64,000 bases of DNA from an uncultured cyanobacterium (GCA_963749915.1 CAVVOP010000017.1:1-64000); one strand, 5' to 3'. Counted from the first letter of the stretch, positions 52,496-63,649 are shown. Notes: a model not told the origin generated them from the sequence alone. Program-made: numbers and translations.

Positions 52496-53803
52496 ATGAA
52501 AAAATACTTAAAAATAATTTCCTGTTTATTATCATTCTTACTCTGTTTTCAACCATCAGCACTAGCTTTTTGTGGATTTTATGTCGGTAAGGCGGACAGT
52601 AAATTATATAATCAGGCTTCCCAAGTCATCCTTGCTCGAAATGGCGATCGCACAGTATTAACCATGGCCAACGACTTTCAAGGAAACGTCAAAGATTTTG
52701 CCTTAGTTGTACCCGTACCAGTACCCATTAAAGAAGATCAGGTGAACATTGGTAACCCCAAAATTTTGGAAAGGTTAGATGCTTTCAGTGCGCCCAGATT
52801 AGTCGAATATTTTGATAGTGATCCTTGCGAACCCGTTTATTATAGGGATGCTATGCCTTCTGCTGGTGTAATGAATCAATCTGCGGAGGGTGCCAGAAAA
52901 CAAAAAAATGAGTCTTTCGGTGTTACTGTGGAAAGTAAATTTACCGTGGGAGAGTACGATATCGTTATCTTAAGTGCTAAAGAATCCGACGGTTTAGAAA
53001 AATGGTTGATTAGTAACGGTTATAATATCCCTAAAGGAGCGAGTGAGTTATTACAGCCTTATATTAGACAACAAATGAAATTTTTTGTCGCCAAAGTAAA
53101 TCTCATGGAGTTGGCCAAATCTGAGTTTCAGTCGTTGCGCCCATTAATGATAGCCTATGAATCGCCAAAATTCATGTTACCTATACGTTTGGGCATGATA
53201 AACAGTCAAAAAGAACAAGATTTAATCGTTTATTTACTTTCCCCCAACGGTGAAACGGAATTAACTAATTATCGCACCGTGAAAGTACCTTCCGACGTGG
53301 ATATACCAGAATTTGTCCAAGGAGAATTTAGCAATTTTTATAAAACCATGTTTAGCCGAAGCTATGAAAAAGAAGGGCGCAAAGTGGCGTTTTTGGAATA
53401 TGCTTGGAATATGGCAAACTGTGATCCTTGTTCTGCTGAACCTTTGAATCCCGATGAATTAAGACAAGCTGGGGTTTTTTGGCAAAATTCCCCCTATGAC
53501 AATAACTTGTTCATCACTCGATTACATATTAGATACGATCGTGCACATTTCCCAGAAGATTTACGATTTCAAAACACTGCCAATCAACAACTATTTCAAG
53601 GGCGTTATGTTATTCGTCATCCTTTCCGTGAGAAAATAACCTGCAATGCGGGAAGGGAATATTCCCAACAGGTAAGAGAAAGACAAGAAAAAGAAGCTCA
53701 AACTTTAGCCAGTTTAACCGGTTGGGACTTGAGCGATATCAAGGCCAAAATTAATTTCTTACAAGCAGAAAATGTACCTTGGTGGCGTAGATTATGGCAG
53801 TGA
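52496..53803 (+). CDS. Secreted DUF2330-like protein
   Basis: Signal peptide ALA-FCGFYV; FALVVPVP, SAPRLVEYFDSDPC, FFVAKVN, LPIRLG, CDPC, FITRLH. Confidence 0.8.
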   Translation: MKKYLKIISCLLSFLLCFQPSALAFCGFYVGKADSKLYNQASQVILARNGDRTVLTMANDFQGNVKDFALVVPVPVPIKEDQVNIGNPKILERLDAFSAPRLVEYFDSDPCEPVYYRDAMPSAGVMNQSAEGARKQKNESFGVTVESKFTVGEYDIVILSAKESDGLEKWLISNGYNIPKGASELLQPYIRQQMKFFVAKVNLMELAKSEFQSLRPLMIAYESPKFMLPIRLGMINSQKEQDLIVYLLSPNGETELTNYRTVKVPSDVDIPEFVQGEFSNFYKTMFSRSYEKEGRKVAFLEYAWNMANCDPCSAEPLNPDELRQAGVFWQNSPYDNNLFITRLHIRYDRAHFPEDLRFQNTANQQLFQGRYVIRHPFREKITCNAGREYSQQVRERQEKEAQTLASLTGWDLSDIKAKINFLQAENVPWWRRLWQ

Positions 53804-53856
53804 CTGTTCACCATTAGACTTGAATAACTGCTTTATTTATTCTCGATTGTCAATTG

Positions 53857-55059
53857 TCAATTATCATAATTCATCTCTGAGGATAAATATTTAGTAACGA
53901 CACTTAGTACTTTTTCTGTATCAATGGGTTTCCCCATAAAATCTGATGCACCCATCATTTTTGCTTTCATTCTTTCGATCATGCCGTCATTAGAAGTTAT
54001 CATGATGATGGGAGTTTGACGAAATATTGATAATTTTCTGAGACTAGCACATATTTCATAGCCATTAGTATTGGCCATCACTGAATCTAAAAAAATTAGG
54101 TCAGGTTTTGCCGCTAAAACTTTGGCGATGGCCTTGACAGGCTCAGTAATACCAATGAACTGGTATCCAGCTTTTTTGAGAATAGTAGCCATCATTTCGC
54201 AAATCATAGGACTATCCTCAATACAAGCAATCAAAGAGCTTTTTTCCCGGGATTGAATAATGGTAGGGAAAGAGATGGGAGTGGGTAAATCGGCGACGGA
54301 GACTAAATCAATATAACCTTCTTGAATATAGGGTAACAATGAACTACTAAACTGGTTTAAATCTCTTTTTAATTGTAAAGATAAATCTCGCAGAGAGTTT
54401 CTACCATTAAATAATCTAGTAAAAGCATTATAAGTTTTCGGAGGTATTTTTTGTTGTAACTGTTCCGGAGACTTAATGATAGGAGCTTTATTCGGAGAGC
54501 GATCCCCAAGATGAAGACTAACCCAAATTTGCCATTGTTGCCATGCAGGCACAATTATCTGATTAGCGTCAAGGAGAAAAATTTGTTCAGAAATAGGCAC
54601 ATTAACTTCAACATCAAGATGAAAAGTAATTTCTGTAGTTTGATTAAGATCGAAAAAAATCTCCATGAGGATATGATTAAGCATCTTGATCACTGATTCC
54701 CGATCTGTCCTATGGTTCAATAACCAACGACGCAATAATTCATATTCCCAACAAAACTTAATATTATCAAGAGAAATAGATTCGATTTGTTCTTCTAAAT
54801 ATTCTGTATCTGTGGCAATATTAGGGAGATAAGCCGCCAAATTGCGTCGCCAACGCCTAACAGAATTTTCCCCCCCTGTACCATAAATTAAACGCCCCAT
54901 ATATAGATAAAAACGCCATTCCGCCTTAGTGGGATAAACTAATCTGACCTCACCACTAAATTGATATTTTTTAAGGGTGTTAAAAAGGTAGGTTTGCTTT
55001 GATGCCACAAACCCCTTGATTGGCACATCATAGTTTTCTTTATTCGGGGTATCCATCAA
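53857..55059 (-). CDS. PatA-family response regulator (PATAN + REC)
   Basis: N-terminal W..YL..GRL.YG.GG....RRWRR; C-terminal REC with DLIFLD, NGYEIC, GASDFMGKP. Confidence 0.88.
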   Translation of the reverse strand: MMDTPNKENYDVPIKGFVASKQTYLFNTLKKYQFSGEVRLVYPTKAEWRFYLYMGRLIYGTGGENSVRRWRRNLAAYLPNIATDTEYLEEQIESISLDNIKFCWEYELLRRWLLNHRTDRESVIKMLNHILMEIFFDLNQTTEITFHLDVEVNVPISEQIFLLDANQIIVPAWQQWQIWVSLHLGDRSPNKAPIIKSPEQLQQKIPPKTYNAFTRLFNGRNSLRDLSLQLKRDLNQFSSSLLPYIQEGYIDLVSVADLPTPISFPTIIQSREKSSLIACIEDSPMICEMMATILKKAGYQFIGITEPVKAIAKVLAAKPDLIFLDSVMANTNGYEICASLRKLSIFRQTPIIMITSNDGMIERMKAKMMGASDFMGKPIDTEKVLSVVTKYLSSEMNYDN

Positions 55060-55220
55060 TGATAAATTAGAAGTGGGCTGAATAATCGTTGTTTAGATCT
55101 TAATATAAAATTCGGAGATTTTCTGGTTTATAACTTCACTGCCACTGTAATAGCCATTCTTGTCCCGGTTATTCTTGCTATATATTGAGTATATATATTA
55201 ACACCCTAGTCTTATCCTTT

Positions 55221-56117
55221 ATGAGTATTAATTTTCAAACTATTGTTGCTACCTTAAATCAATTTTGGAGTGATAGAAATTGCTTAATCGCTCAACCCTA
55301 CGATACCGAAAAAGGTGCAGGTACCATGAGTCATCATACCTTCTTACGGGCTATCGGACCCGAACCTTGGTCAGTGGCATATATAGAACCTTGCAGAAGA
55401 CCTACGGACGGACGTTACGGAGAAAATCCCAACCGGGTACAACATTATTATCAATATCAAGTTTTAATTAAACCCTCTCCCGAGAATATTCAAGACATTT
55501 ATTTGGACTCCCTAAAAGCATTAGGAATCCACCCCGAAGATCATGATATTCGCTTTGTGGAAGATGACTGGGAATCTCCCACCCTAGGTGCATGGGGTGT
55601 CGGTTGGGAAGTGTGGTTAGACGGCATGGAAATCACCCAATTTACCTATTTTCAACAGTGTGGCGGTATCGACTGTCATCCAGTATCTATTGAAATCACC
55701 TATGGTTTAGAAAGATTAGCCATGTATCTTCAAGACGTAGATAGTATTTATGAAATTCAGTGGAATGATGATGTAAAATACGGCGACATTTTCTTGCAGG
55801 GAGAAATCGAACAATGTACTTATAATTTTGAGGCATCCAACCCAGATTTTCTATTTAAACTCTTTAGTTTGTATGAGGAAGAAGCCAAGCAATTAATAGA
55901 AAAAAACCTCGTTTTACCCAGCTTAGACTATGTTTTGAAATGTTCTCACTGCTTTAATTTACTGGATGCAAGAGGAGTAATTGCTGTAACAGAAAGAACT
56001 CTTTATATTGGCAGAATACGCAGTTTAGCACGTCAAGTTGCTCATCAATATTTAAGTCAAAGAGAATCGTTAAACTTCCCTTTAATTAAAGATAATGCGG
56101 TCAAAATGGCTGCTTAA
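55221..56117 (+). CDS. glyQ: Glycine-tRNA ligase alpha subunit
   Basis: [41 protein letters not shown]; likely start is ATG 55221. Confidence 0.98.
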   Translation: MSINFQTIVATLNQFWSDRNCLIAQPYDTEKGAGTMSHHTFLRAIGPEPWSVAYIEPCRRPTDGRYGENPNRVQHYYQYQVLIKPSPENIQDIYLDSLKALGIHPEDHDIRFVEDDWESPTLGAWGVGWEVWLDGMEITQFTYFQQCGGIDCHPVSIEITYGLERLAMYLQDVDSIYEIQWNDDVKYGDIFLQGEIEQCTYNFEASNPDFLFKLFSLYEEEAKQLIEKNLVLPSLDYVLKCSHCFNLLDARGVIAVTERTLYIGRIRSLARQVAHQYLSQRESLNFPLIKDNAVKMAA

Positions 56118-56695
56118 TCTTTAAGAAGACTAATGTTTACCTCTCCTTGTCGTAAGATTTGCCAAGTTTCTCCCGTCCATTTTATAACGGTAGAAGCAAC
56201 ACCGGAATTTCGACTATTATCATAATCTAAAACGTAAACTGAGGGGAATTTAGCAGCAATAGCTGACATATTCGTTAAAGCCTCTTCCCCTGATAAGTTG
56301 GCACTGGTGGTGGCTAATGCACCTGTGTGTTCAAGAATTTCTTGGGCGATCTCACAATTCGGCACACGAACCCCTATACTATTGGCATTAAGAGGATTCA
56401 TTGTGGGCGGAATCAGGGAAGACGCAGGTAAAACCATCGTTAAACCGCCGGGTAAATATTGATAAGCTATATCTTGCCAGATTTTTAATTCTGCTGATGT
56501 ACCTTTGACATATTGCCAGATTTCTTCTATGCTGCTGGTCATTAAAATTAAAGGTTTTTCGTAACTTCTCTGCTTTAACTCAAAAATTAACTCGCTGTGA
56601 CTGGGTTTTACGGCTAAAGCAGGTAATGTGTCAGTGGGAAAACTAACGACTTGATTGGCCATCGCCTTTTTGATTAAGACAGAAGCGGAAACCAT
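56114..56695 (-). CDS. tsaC: L-threonylcarbamoyladenylate synthase (Sua5/TsaC family)
   Basis: FPTDT, KQR...[21 protein letters not shown]. Confidence 0.88.
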   Translation of the reverse strand: MVSASVLIKKAMANQVVSFPTDTLPALAVKPSHSELIFELKQRSYEKPLILMTSSIEEIWQYVKGTSAELKIWQDIAYQYLPGGLTMVLPASSLIPPTMNPLNANSIGVRVPNCEIAQEILEHTGALATTSANLSGEEALTNMSAIAAKFPSVYVLDYDNSRNSGVASTVIKWTGETWQILRQGEVNISLLKD

Positions 56696-56766
56696 AAGAT
56701 AAATTTACAGTTGACAGTTGATGGTTGATAATTAATTGTTAATTGTTAATTGTTAATTATTTTAGA

Positions 56767-57762
56767 ATGCGTATAGTTTTTTTTGGTACACCCGAATTTG
56801 CCGTTCCCACTTTAGCAAAATTACTCAACGACTCCCCTCATGATGTCATCGCCGTTGTCACCCAACCCGACAAAAGACGAGGCAGAGGCAATAAAATGAG
56901 ACCTTCTCCCGTGAAAGAATTGGCGTTAAAACATAACTTACCTGTGTGGCAACCCACAAGAATTAACAAAGATAAAGAGACTTTAGAATTATTACATAAA
57001 AGTCATGGTGATGTATTTGTGGTTGTCGCCTATGGACAAATTTTATCCGAAAAAATTCTTAATATCCCACAATTAGGCTGTATTAATGTTCACGGTTCAA
57101 TCTTGCCTGAATATCGGGGTGCGGCACCTATTCAATGGAGTATTTATGACGGGAAAACGGAAACAGGAATAACTACCATATTAATGGATAAGGGAATGGA
57201 TACGGGAGACATGTTACTTAAAGCCTATATCCCTATCGACTTATTCATCAATGTAGAACAATTATCGGACAAATTAGCCTCACAAGGTGCAGATTTATTG
57301 TTACAAACTTTAACTAAATTGGAAACCAAAAACATTCAACCTATCCCCCAAAATAATGATTTAGCTACCTATGCACGTTTAATTGATAAAGCTGATTATT
57401 ATCTCGATTGGAGTAAATCCACCTTACAAATTCACAACCAGATTAGGGCATTTTACCCCCATTGTCGCACCACTTTTCGAGAACAAATTTTAAAAATAAC
57501 CCAAGGGATACCCTTAACAGAAATAAAAACCCTAGACTTGCCCCCCAATTTAAGCAAGTTATCATCATTTTTACAAGATATAGATACCCTTTCGGGAGAA
57601 GTTGGGGAGATAGTAAAAACCATTAAAAATTTTGGTTTTGTGGTGCAAACGGGATCCGGTTTATTATTAGTATTAGAGGTGCAGTTAGCGGATAAAAAAC
57701 AACAGTCCGCATGGAATTTTATTAACGGTACTCATTTACAATTAGGGGAAAAACTTTGTTAA
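56767..57762 (+). CDS. fmt: Methionyl-tRNA formyltransferase
   Basis: MRIVFFGTPEFA, VTQPD, INVHGSILPEYRGAAPIQ, MDTGD. Confidence 0.97.
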   Translation: MRIVFFGTPEFAVPTLAKLLNDSPHDVIAVVTQPDKRRGRGNKMRPSPVKELALKHNLPVWQPTRINKDKETLELLHKSHGDVFVVVAYGQILSEKILNIPQLGCINVHGSILPEYRGAAPIQWSIYDGKTETGITTILMDKGMDTGDMLLKAYIPIDLFINVEQLSDKLASQGADLLLQTLTKLETKNIQPIPQNNDLATYARLIDKADYYLDWSKSTLQIHNQIRAFYPHCRTTFREQILKITQGIPLTEIKTLDLPPNLSKLSSFLQDIDTLSGEVGEIVKTIKNFGFVVQTGSGLLLVLEVQLADKKQQSAWNFINGTHLQLGEKLC

Positions 57763-57962
57763 TTTTTGTTAAACCAGCAATTCTAATTTTGCAAAAAAGA
57801 ACAGCCAATGTCTGTTTTATTTTCAGAAAACTGTGAGATTAGGGGTCGTTTTCGGTAAAATTATAGATGAATAAAAAAAATTAATAATGAGTGATAAAAG
57901 TGTCCCAGCAAAATTAAGGTTATTATATAAAATAAAACTTGTAAATTAGATAGTTTTTTCTG

Positions 57963-58973
57963 ATGAAAATGTCAAACATATCGATAAAATGGATGAAAAG
58001 AATGACCTTTATTTTCATCTTAATAATAGTCTTATTTTCTATTGCCACTTTTGCCTCTTTTTCTCCTAAATTTGGCCTACCCATTGACTGTAATTTAGGC
58101 AAAAATTGTTATATTATGCACTATGTTGATCTTGATCCCACCCCCAAAGCGATCGACTTTGGTTGTGGCAGACAAACCTATGATACTCACAACGGCACAG
58201 ATTTTGGCATCCCCAATTTAGAAGTTATGAAACAAGGTATCTCCGTTACGGCCATCGCTGATGGTGTTGTCTTAAGGGTAAGAGACGGAGTGGCAGATCA
58301 TTTAGTAGGGAATGAAGATGACAAGAAGGCAACAGAAGGTCAAGAATGTGGCAATGGGGTCGTAATTAAACACGAAAATGGTTGGGAGAGTCAATATTGT
58401 CATTTAAAACAAAATAGTATCGTTGTCAAAAATGGCATGAAAGTAGAAAAAGGGGCAACTTTAGGGATGGTAGGATTATCAGGATTATCCTCTTTTCCCC
58501 ATGTTCATTTAAGTTTAAGACAGGGGGGAAAAATTGTCGATCCTTTTGTGGGAGTGACGGACAAAACAGGTTGTGAAGTAGCGAAAAAACCCCTCTGGGA
58601 AAAACAGATTGCTTATATCCCAACAGGATTAATAGAGGCTGGTTTTGCTTCAGAAATTCCCACTCAACAAAAACTATGGGAAGGTAAATTTTATAATAGT
58701 CAAATTAATAGTACAAGTCCTCAATTAATTTTTTGGATTCATGCTTTTGGAGTCTTAGAAAATGATAGAGAATCTTTCCAATTAATTAACCCTAATAATC
58801 AAGTAATTATCAATCAAGAAAAACCGATAAAGAAATCTTCTCGCACATGGATGACTTATGTAGGAAAAAATAATAAATCTACTTTAGAAAAAGGCTTATG
58901 GATAGGTAAATATCAACTAAAAAGAGGCAATAAAATTATTGTTGATTTGGAGCGTAAAATAAATATAACTTAG
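57963..58973 (+). CDS. M23-family metallopeptidase, exported
   Basis: N-terminal hydrophobic segment, HNGTD, YCHL, FPHVH. Confidence 0.9.
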   Translation: MKMSNISIKWMKRMTFIFILIIVLFSIATFASFSPKFGLPIDCNLGKNCYIMHYVDLDPTPKAIDFGCGRQTYDTHNGTDFGIPNLEVMKQGISVTAIADGVVLRVRDGVADHLVGNEDDKKATEGQECGNGVVIKHENGWESQYCHLKQNSIVVKNGMKVEKGATLGMVGLSGLSSFPHVHLSLRQGGKIVDPFVGVTDKTGCEVAKKPLWEKQIAYIPTGLIEAGFASEIPTQQKLWEGKFYNSQINSTSPQLIFWIHAFGVLENDRESFQLINPNNQVIINQEKPIKKSSRTWMTYVGKNNKSTLEKGLWIGKYQLKRGNKIIVDLERKINIT

Positions 58974-59105
58974 CCATGGGATTTTTTTAAAGGGTTGAGG
59001 ATTGCGAAATAAGTGCCTCTTAGCTTATTTTCCACATTCATGGTAATCAAGATATAAAAAGTAATGACTGTTAAAGACTTTTTGTCAGATGAAGAAAAAA
59101 AATAA

Positions 59106-60341
59106 TTAATTGCTGTTTTTTGGTAGTAAAAACCGCCAACTATCGGGCTCAAATGGTTTCCCTTTAAGCATTCTATTCCAGTACAACCAAGGTAAGACAT
59201 ATTTCTTTACTAACCACATACTTTCTCGTTCTTTAGTAGGATCTAACGGAAAACTTGCCAACGGTTTTTTATCATAGTCAAATTCCGCCATGATAGTTCT
59301 ACCATAACCCGTAATCAGGGGGCAACAAGCATAACCGTTATATTTATCTAAGGGCGTTTTTTGATTCATCAAGGCTAAAATATTCCCCACGACTACAGGT
59401 GCTTCCTTACGAATAGCGGCGGCGGTTTTAGATGTTGGTAAACTGGAAGAGTCTCCTAAACTAAAGACATTTTTATAATTAGTATGCTGGCAAGTGTATT
59501 GATCTACGTCAACCCAACCCTGTTCATTGCTAAGAGGACTTTGTTTGATGAAATCATAAGTAGTCATAGGAGGCGAAACGTGAATCATGTCATATTTGAT
59601 GGTAACGGTGTTTCCTTCCTCTGTGGCGAATACAGCTTCTTTACTATCGGCCTTAATCTCGATTAGGTTATGATTGTATTTAACATCGATTTTTTTGCGA
59701 TGGACAATTTCCTCTAAGGGTTTACAATAAGTAGGCACACCGAACATTTTTCCTGTGGCATTACCATAGATAATATTGGTTTTTTCTCTAATTCCTTGAC
59801 GAGTAAAGGCTTCCTCCGCTAAATACATAATCTTTTGTGGTGCCCCTGGACATTTTATCGCCCCGGCAGGAAAAGTGAAAATAGCCGTACCCCCCTTGAA
59901 ACTTTGGATAGTTTTCCATGTATAAGGAGCATTTTCTTTAGTGTAATTAGTCGTAACGCCATCTTTCCCCAAAGACTCTTTCAAACCCCTGATTTTATCC
60001 CAATCGATTTGAATACCGGGGCAAACGACTAAATATTCATAATCATAAATTTTACCCGTTTTTGTGGTTACCTGATTATGATCAGGATCAATATTTTCTG
60101 CATAATCTTTAATCCATGTCACCCCGTAAGGAATTAAATTCTGCTCATGTTTAACAGTATCCTCTAGTAAATATTCTCCACCGCCAACTAACGTCCATGC
60201 AGGTTGATAGTAATGGTTTTCAGACGGTTCGATAATGGCCATTTTTAGGTTAGAATTTTGTCTTTTTAGTTGAGATGCAACAGTAATACCCGCCGCTCCA
60301 CCGCCGATAATTAGTATTTGAAAAGATTGATTATTGCCCAT
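59106..60341 (-). CDS. sqr: Sulfide:quinone oxidoreductase (type II-like)
   Basis: GGGAAG, HYYQPAWTLVGGG, KCPGAPQK, SKTAAA, YNGYACCPL, AEFDY. Confidence 0.85.
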   Translation of the reverse strand: MGNNQSFQILIIGGGAAGITVASQLKRQNSNLKMAIIEPSENHYYQPAWTLVGGGEYLLEDTVKHEQNLIPYGVTWIKDYAENIDPDHNQVTTKTGKIYDYEYLVVCPGIQIDWDKIRGLKESLGKDGVTTNYTKENAPYTWKTIQSFKGGTAIFTFPAGAIKCPGAPQKIMYLAEEAFTRQGIREKTNIIYGNATGKMFGVPTYCKPLEEIVHRKKIDVKYNHNLIEIKADSKEAVFATEEGNTVTIKYDMIHVSPPMTTYDFIKQSPLSNEQGWVDVDQYTCQHTNYKNVFSLGDSSSLPTSKTAAAIRKEAPVVVGNILALMNQKTPLDKYNGYACCPLITGYGRTIMAEFDYDKKPLASFPLDPTKERESMWLVKKYVLPWLYWNRMLKGKPFEPDSWRFLLPKNSN

Positions 60342-60493
60342 ATTTCTACTTCAATTAAATTTGATAGTTATGATCATTTATTCTAAGTTTAATTGAATTA
60401 TTAAGGGGTTAGCAAGAAAGATACCATAACACAAAAACATTTTGTTGACTCTCTTTTTGGGATTGCGGCCTAAAAAATCAGATAGGTATAGAA

Positions 60494-61207
60494 TTATCGA
60501 GATAACTTTTGGATTTCCTGATGAACACTTAGGCTAATTTGCAGGGCTTCGCTTAATACTTGTCCGTACTCCGTTGCCTGTTGCTCGATCGCCAAAGTTT
60601 GCAAAGTGCCTAAATTATTTTCAATACTAGCCAATAAATCCTTTCGCCGTGCCAATAGTCCACGACTTTGTCGGAGAATTTTTTCTGCTATCAACCCGGC
60701 GATCAAACTATTGCGAATCAACTGCAATGCTTCGAGAACATCATTGCCATTGACAAGATTGGCGGGAGAACCACTAACAGCTTTGAAGCGATCTAGAACT
60801 ACCACAGTTTGTAAAACATCATGATAGTGATCGATTTCATCTAGCAAGTGCATCAGGGTTTTCAAGGTTTTGGCTTTGATTATCATGTAGAGATTCCAGC
60901 CAATTATAATAACCATAGTCAATCCTAATGTAACTTGCAAAAAGTTCAGAATAGTGGGAAAATCACTGATTGTTTCTTGAGAGTTGCGAATAGTAAAAAG
61001 GCCCACTGGCAAAGTGAAGGCGAAAGTTAAAGCCGTAACCAATAACTCAGTAAAACAAAATAGAAACAGTCTTTGAGGATGCCGAAAAAGAGAAGATCTA
61101 TAGACACCGCCAAATACCCCCCCAACAAATATTTCACTGACATCTAAACCGCTCAAAATTTCTATTTCTTTTTCGGTAATTCTGAGGTTTTTGAGTTCGG
61201 GATTCAT
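60494..61207 (-). CDS. Hypothetical protein with two TM helices and a coiled-coil C-terminus
   Basis: 237-aa ORF, two hydrophobic segments followed by helical heptads. Confidence 0.7.
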   Translation of the reverse strand: MNPELKNLRITEKEIEILSGLDVSEIFVGGVFGGVYRSSLFRHPQRLFLFCFTELLVTALTFAFTLPVGLFTIRNSQETISDFPTILNFLQVTLGLTMVIIIGWNLYMIIKAKTLKTLMHLLDEIDHYHDVLQTVVVLDRFKAVSGSPANLVNGNDVLEALQLIRNSLIAGLIAEKILRQSRGLLARRKDLLASIENNLGTLQTLAIEQQATEYGQVLSEALQISLSVHQEIQKLSR

Positions 61208-61268
61208 GGCTGTGAGTTTACCTCTTTCAATTCAGTTATAATTGGCAGTAACTTGGGATGGCGGGGGA

Positions 61269-61943
61269 TCAAAATAGAAAATCTACCAGTGCATTCCAGA
61301 CTCCAGAGAAAAAGGTGCCTTCCCTCGGACGGAACAGTTCAAATTGACCGGCAGAACCGAAAAAGGGACGGAGTGTCCAGCCTAACTGACTGCCGACAAA
61401 ACCATAAAGGACTAGCCAGAATCTTAAAATATTGGTACGGACTTTGATATTTTGCTGAGTATCATCATCACCAACTGGTTTCATGATCTGGTACAAAAAA
61501 GAAACTCCAATAATACCTGTCAGAGCAAAAATGACCACATTTAGAAGTACAAAAAAAGGGTAATCGTTGACGGTGATTAAAAAGAAGAGAACAACTGGTG
61601 CAAAACCACAAAGTAAGACGGCAATTACCGTTACGGCAGTGAGCAAATAAGTGAAGTGTTGGGCAATACTTTGTTTGGCACCAAACAGGACATTGAAAAT
61701 ATAAAGTGTTGGCAAGCAGACCAGCAGAGTTATCAGGTAAAGGGCGGGTAATTTAATGGCAGAAGAAACTGCTTGTAGTGGACTGTGAAATGTGCCGATG
61801 ATAGCTCCGTAGATAGAAAACAAACAAAAGCTGGAAAGCATCAGAGAAGAAGTTTTACTTTTTAGTTTTACACTGTCATGAATTTCTGCTAAGAATTCTT
61901 GGCGATCGCGTAACAGATAAATAACCGTTGAAAAGTAGTTCAT
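61269..61943 (-). CDS. Five-TM Yip1-like membrane protein
   Basis: AIKLP.LYL.TL.VCLP.LY, QLGWTLRPFFG motif; this family is often auto-labelled 'actin-binding WH2'. Confidence 0.7.
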   Translation of the reverse strand: MNYFSTVIYLLRDRQEFLAEIHDSVKLKSKTSSLMLSSFCLFSIYGAIIGTFHSPLQAVSSAIKLPALYLITLLVCLPTLYIFNVLFGAKQSIAQHFTYLLTAVTVIAVLLCGFAPVVLFFLITVNDYPFFVLLNVVIFALTGIIGVSFLYQIMKPVGDDDTQQNIKVRTNILRFWLVLYGFVGSQLGWTLRPFFGSAGQFELFRPREGTFFSGVWNALVDFLF

Positions 61944-62068
61944 TTGGATTCAGTATTCTCCTCAGTTATTAAATATTTCCCGTTTTTATTGAAAAAACCA
62001 TAGCAAATAAATTATAGCTAGCAATTCTTATTATGGAAATGACATATCGCCTTCATTTAAACCCAAAC

Positions 62069-63649
62069 TCAACTAATTTTTGGGATGATTTTTAAATTTT
62101 GTCCTTGATATAGATAAAAGACTTCTGTTATCTCACCAGACCGTTTAAGAGGAATCTGAGCAATTTCTCGCCAATTTTCAAAATATTGACTGAATTTACC
62201 CCCTTCTTGCGAAAAACGCTTGGAAGTAAGATATAATCCCGTTTTTCCCTTCAGTTCCTCTAACGGGTACCAATAATTAAACCCACGACTATCATCGCTA
62301 AAACAAACTAAAGGTATATCTGTTAAGGGTGCAATCGCCATACCAATGTAACCGCCGAGATAGTATTGATTAGTAAAAATAAAATCGGCGGATTTCAAGG
62401 CTTCAGTAAAGAAGGGAGAAGATGCCAAATTAGCTCTAAGTTGTACAATGTCAATTAATTCTGTAGAGGGATCATTTTGAGGTGAGATTAAACCGGAAAA
62501 AAAGATATTTTGACTGGGTTTTTGGAATAATCCCCAATGAGAGTGGGCCAAGACCAGGAGAAGAATAGTATTAATAGTCAGCAAAGAAAGATATAACCAA
62601 CGTTTAACGAGTTTTTCGGAGTATTTAAGCCATTGATGTGCAAAATCTCCCAAAATTAATGTTAAACTCCAAAATCCGGGCATTGCCCATGTTGGTAATA
62701 TTTGAGTGACTGCACCCAAAACAGTGAATCCCATGGTTAAGGGTAAAGAAACCCATAGAATCAGTTGATAACGATAATTATGCCTGATGGTAATTTCACT
62801 CCACAGACTTTTAAAACTTACCCACCAGAGGGGAAAACCAAAAGTAGGGAATAAGTAACCGACTCCTACCAATGCCACAAGAATGATATTGAGGGGATTA
62901 ATAATTAATGGGGAGGGATTGCTAGATTTAAAACGCCCTGATAATTGAAAGCCGAAAGAAATCCAGTCGTGTTGCCAATTCCAGTATAAAAGAGGAAATA
63001 AGGTTAAAAGGAATAAACCTGCGGCGATAAGTAACCAATAAGAGGTAAATACTCGGCGGTAGGGAGGATTAAAAAAACAAAATCCCACTAATCCCAATCC
63101 CAAAATAAAGCCGTGATATTTTCCTAAACAGGCCAAACCAACACTAACACCGATGAAGGCAATACGATAACTAGGTTGATAATTAGATAAATTTTCGTGG
63201 AGAAAAAACTCATAAGAGGAGCATAATAGAGTCAATGTCCAAAAAAATATTAATGGTACATCAGGTAAAGTTAAAACTCCAAAAGCAATGGTAAAAATGG
63301 GAATTATTGAGGCGATAATCAGAGTTAATAAGGCACTTTGATCATCAAATAATTTTTTCCCTGTTAAATAGAGAAAATAAAGACTGGCAGTAAAAATAAT
63401 TAACGTACTGATTCTGATAGTAAATTGATTCACTTCCCCCGTCAACCAGACTCCGAAACCGGTGGTTAAAGATACTAAAATGGGATGATCAAAATAACTC
63501 CAATCTAAATTTTGACTATAGATATAGTAATAGGCTTCATCATATCCGGGAAATAAATAAACGGCGATAATGGTGCGTATAATGAGCCCCAATAAGAGAA
63601 TAGTTACTAATGGAGAGAAGAAAATTGATAGTTTGGTTATTTTAGTCAT
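62069..63649 (-). CDS. Glycosyltransferase family 39 / ArnT-like membrane protein
   Basis: DEAYY...S..LDWSYFDHP, LPDVPL, LGKY; likely start is ATG 63649. Confidence 0.88.
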   Translation of the reverse strand: MTKITKLSIFFSPLVTILLLGLIIRTIIAVYLFPGYDEAYYYIYSQNLDWSYFDHPILVSLTTGFGVWLTGEVNQFTIRISTLIIFTASLYFLYLTGKKLFDDQSALLTLIIASIIPIFTIAFGVLTLPDVPLIFFWTLTLLCSSYEFFLHENLSNYQPSYRIAFIGVSVGLACLGKYHGFILGLGLVGFCFFNPPYRRVFTSYWLLIAAGLFLLTLFPLLYWNWQHDWISFGFQLSGRFKSSNPSPLIINPLNIILVALVGVGYLFPTFGFPLWWVSFKSLWSEITIRHNYRYQLILWVSLPLTMGFTVLGAVTQILPTWAMPGFWSLTLILGDFAHQWLKYSEKLVKRWLYLSLLTINTILLLVLAHSHWGLFQKPSQNIFFSGLISPQNDPSTELIDIVQLRANLASSPFFTEALKSADFIFTNQYYLGGYIGMAIAPLTDIPLVCFSDDSRGFNYWYPLEELKGKTGLYLTSKRFSQEGGKFSQYFENWREIAQIPLKRSGEITEVFYLYQGQNLKIIPKIS

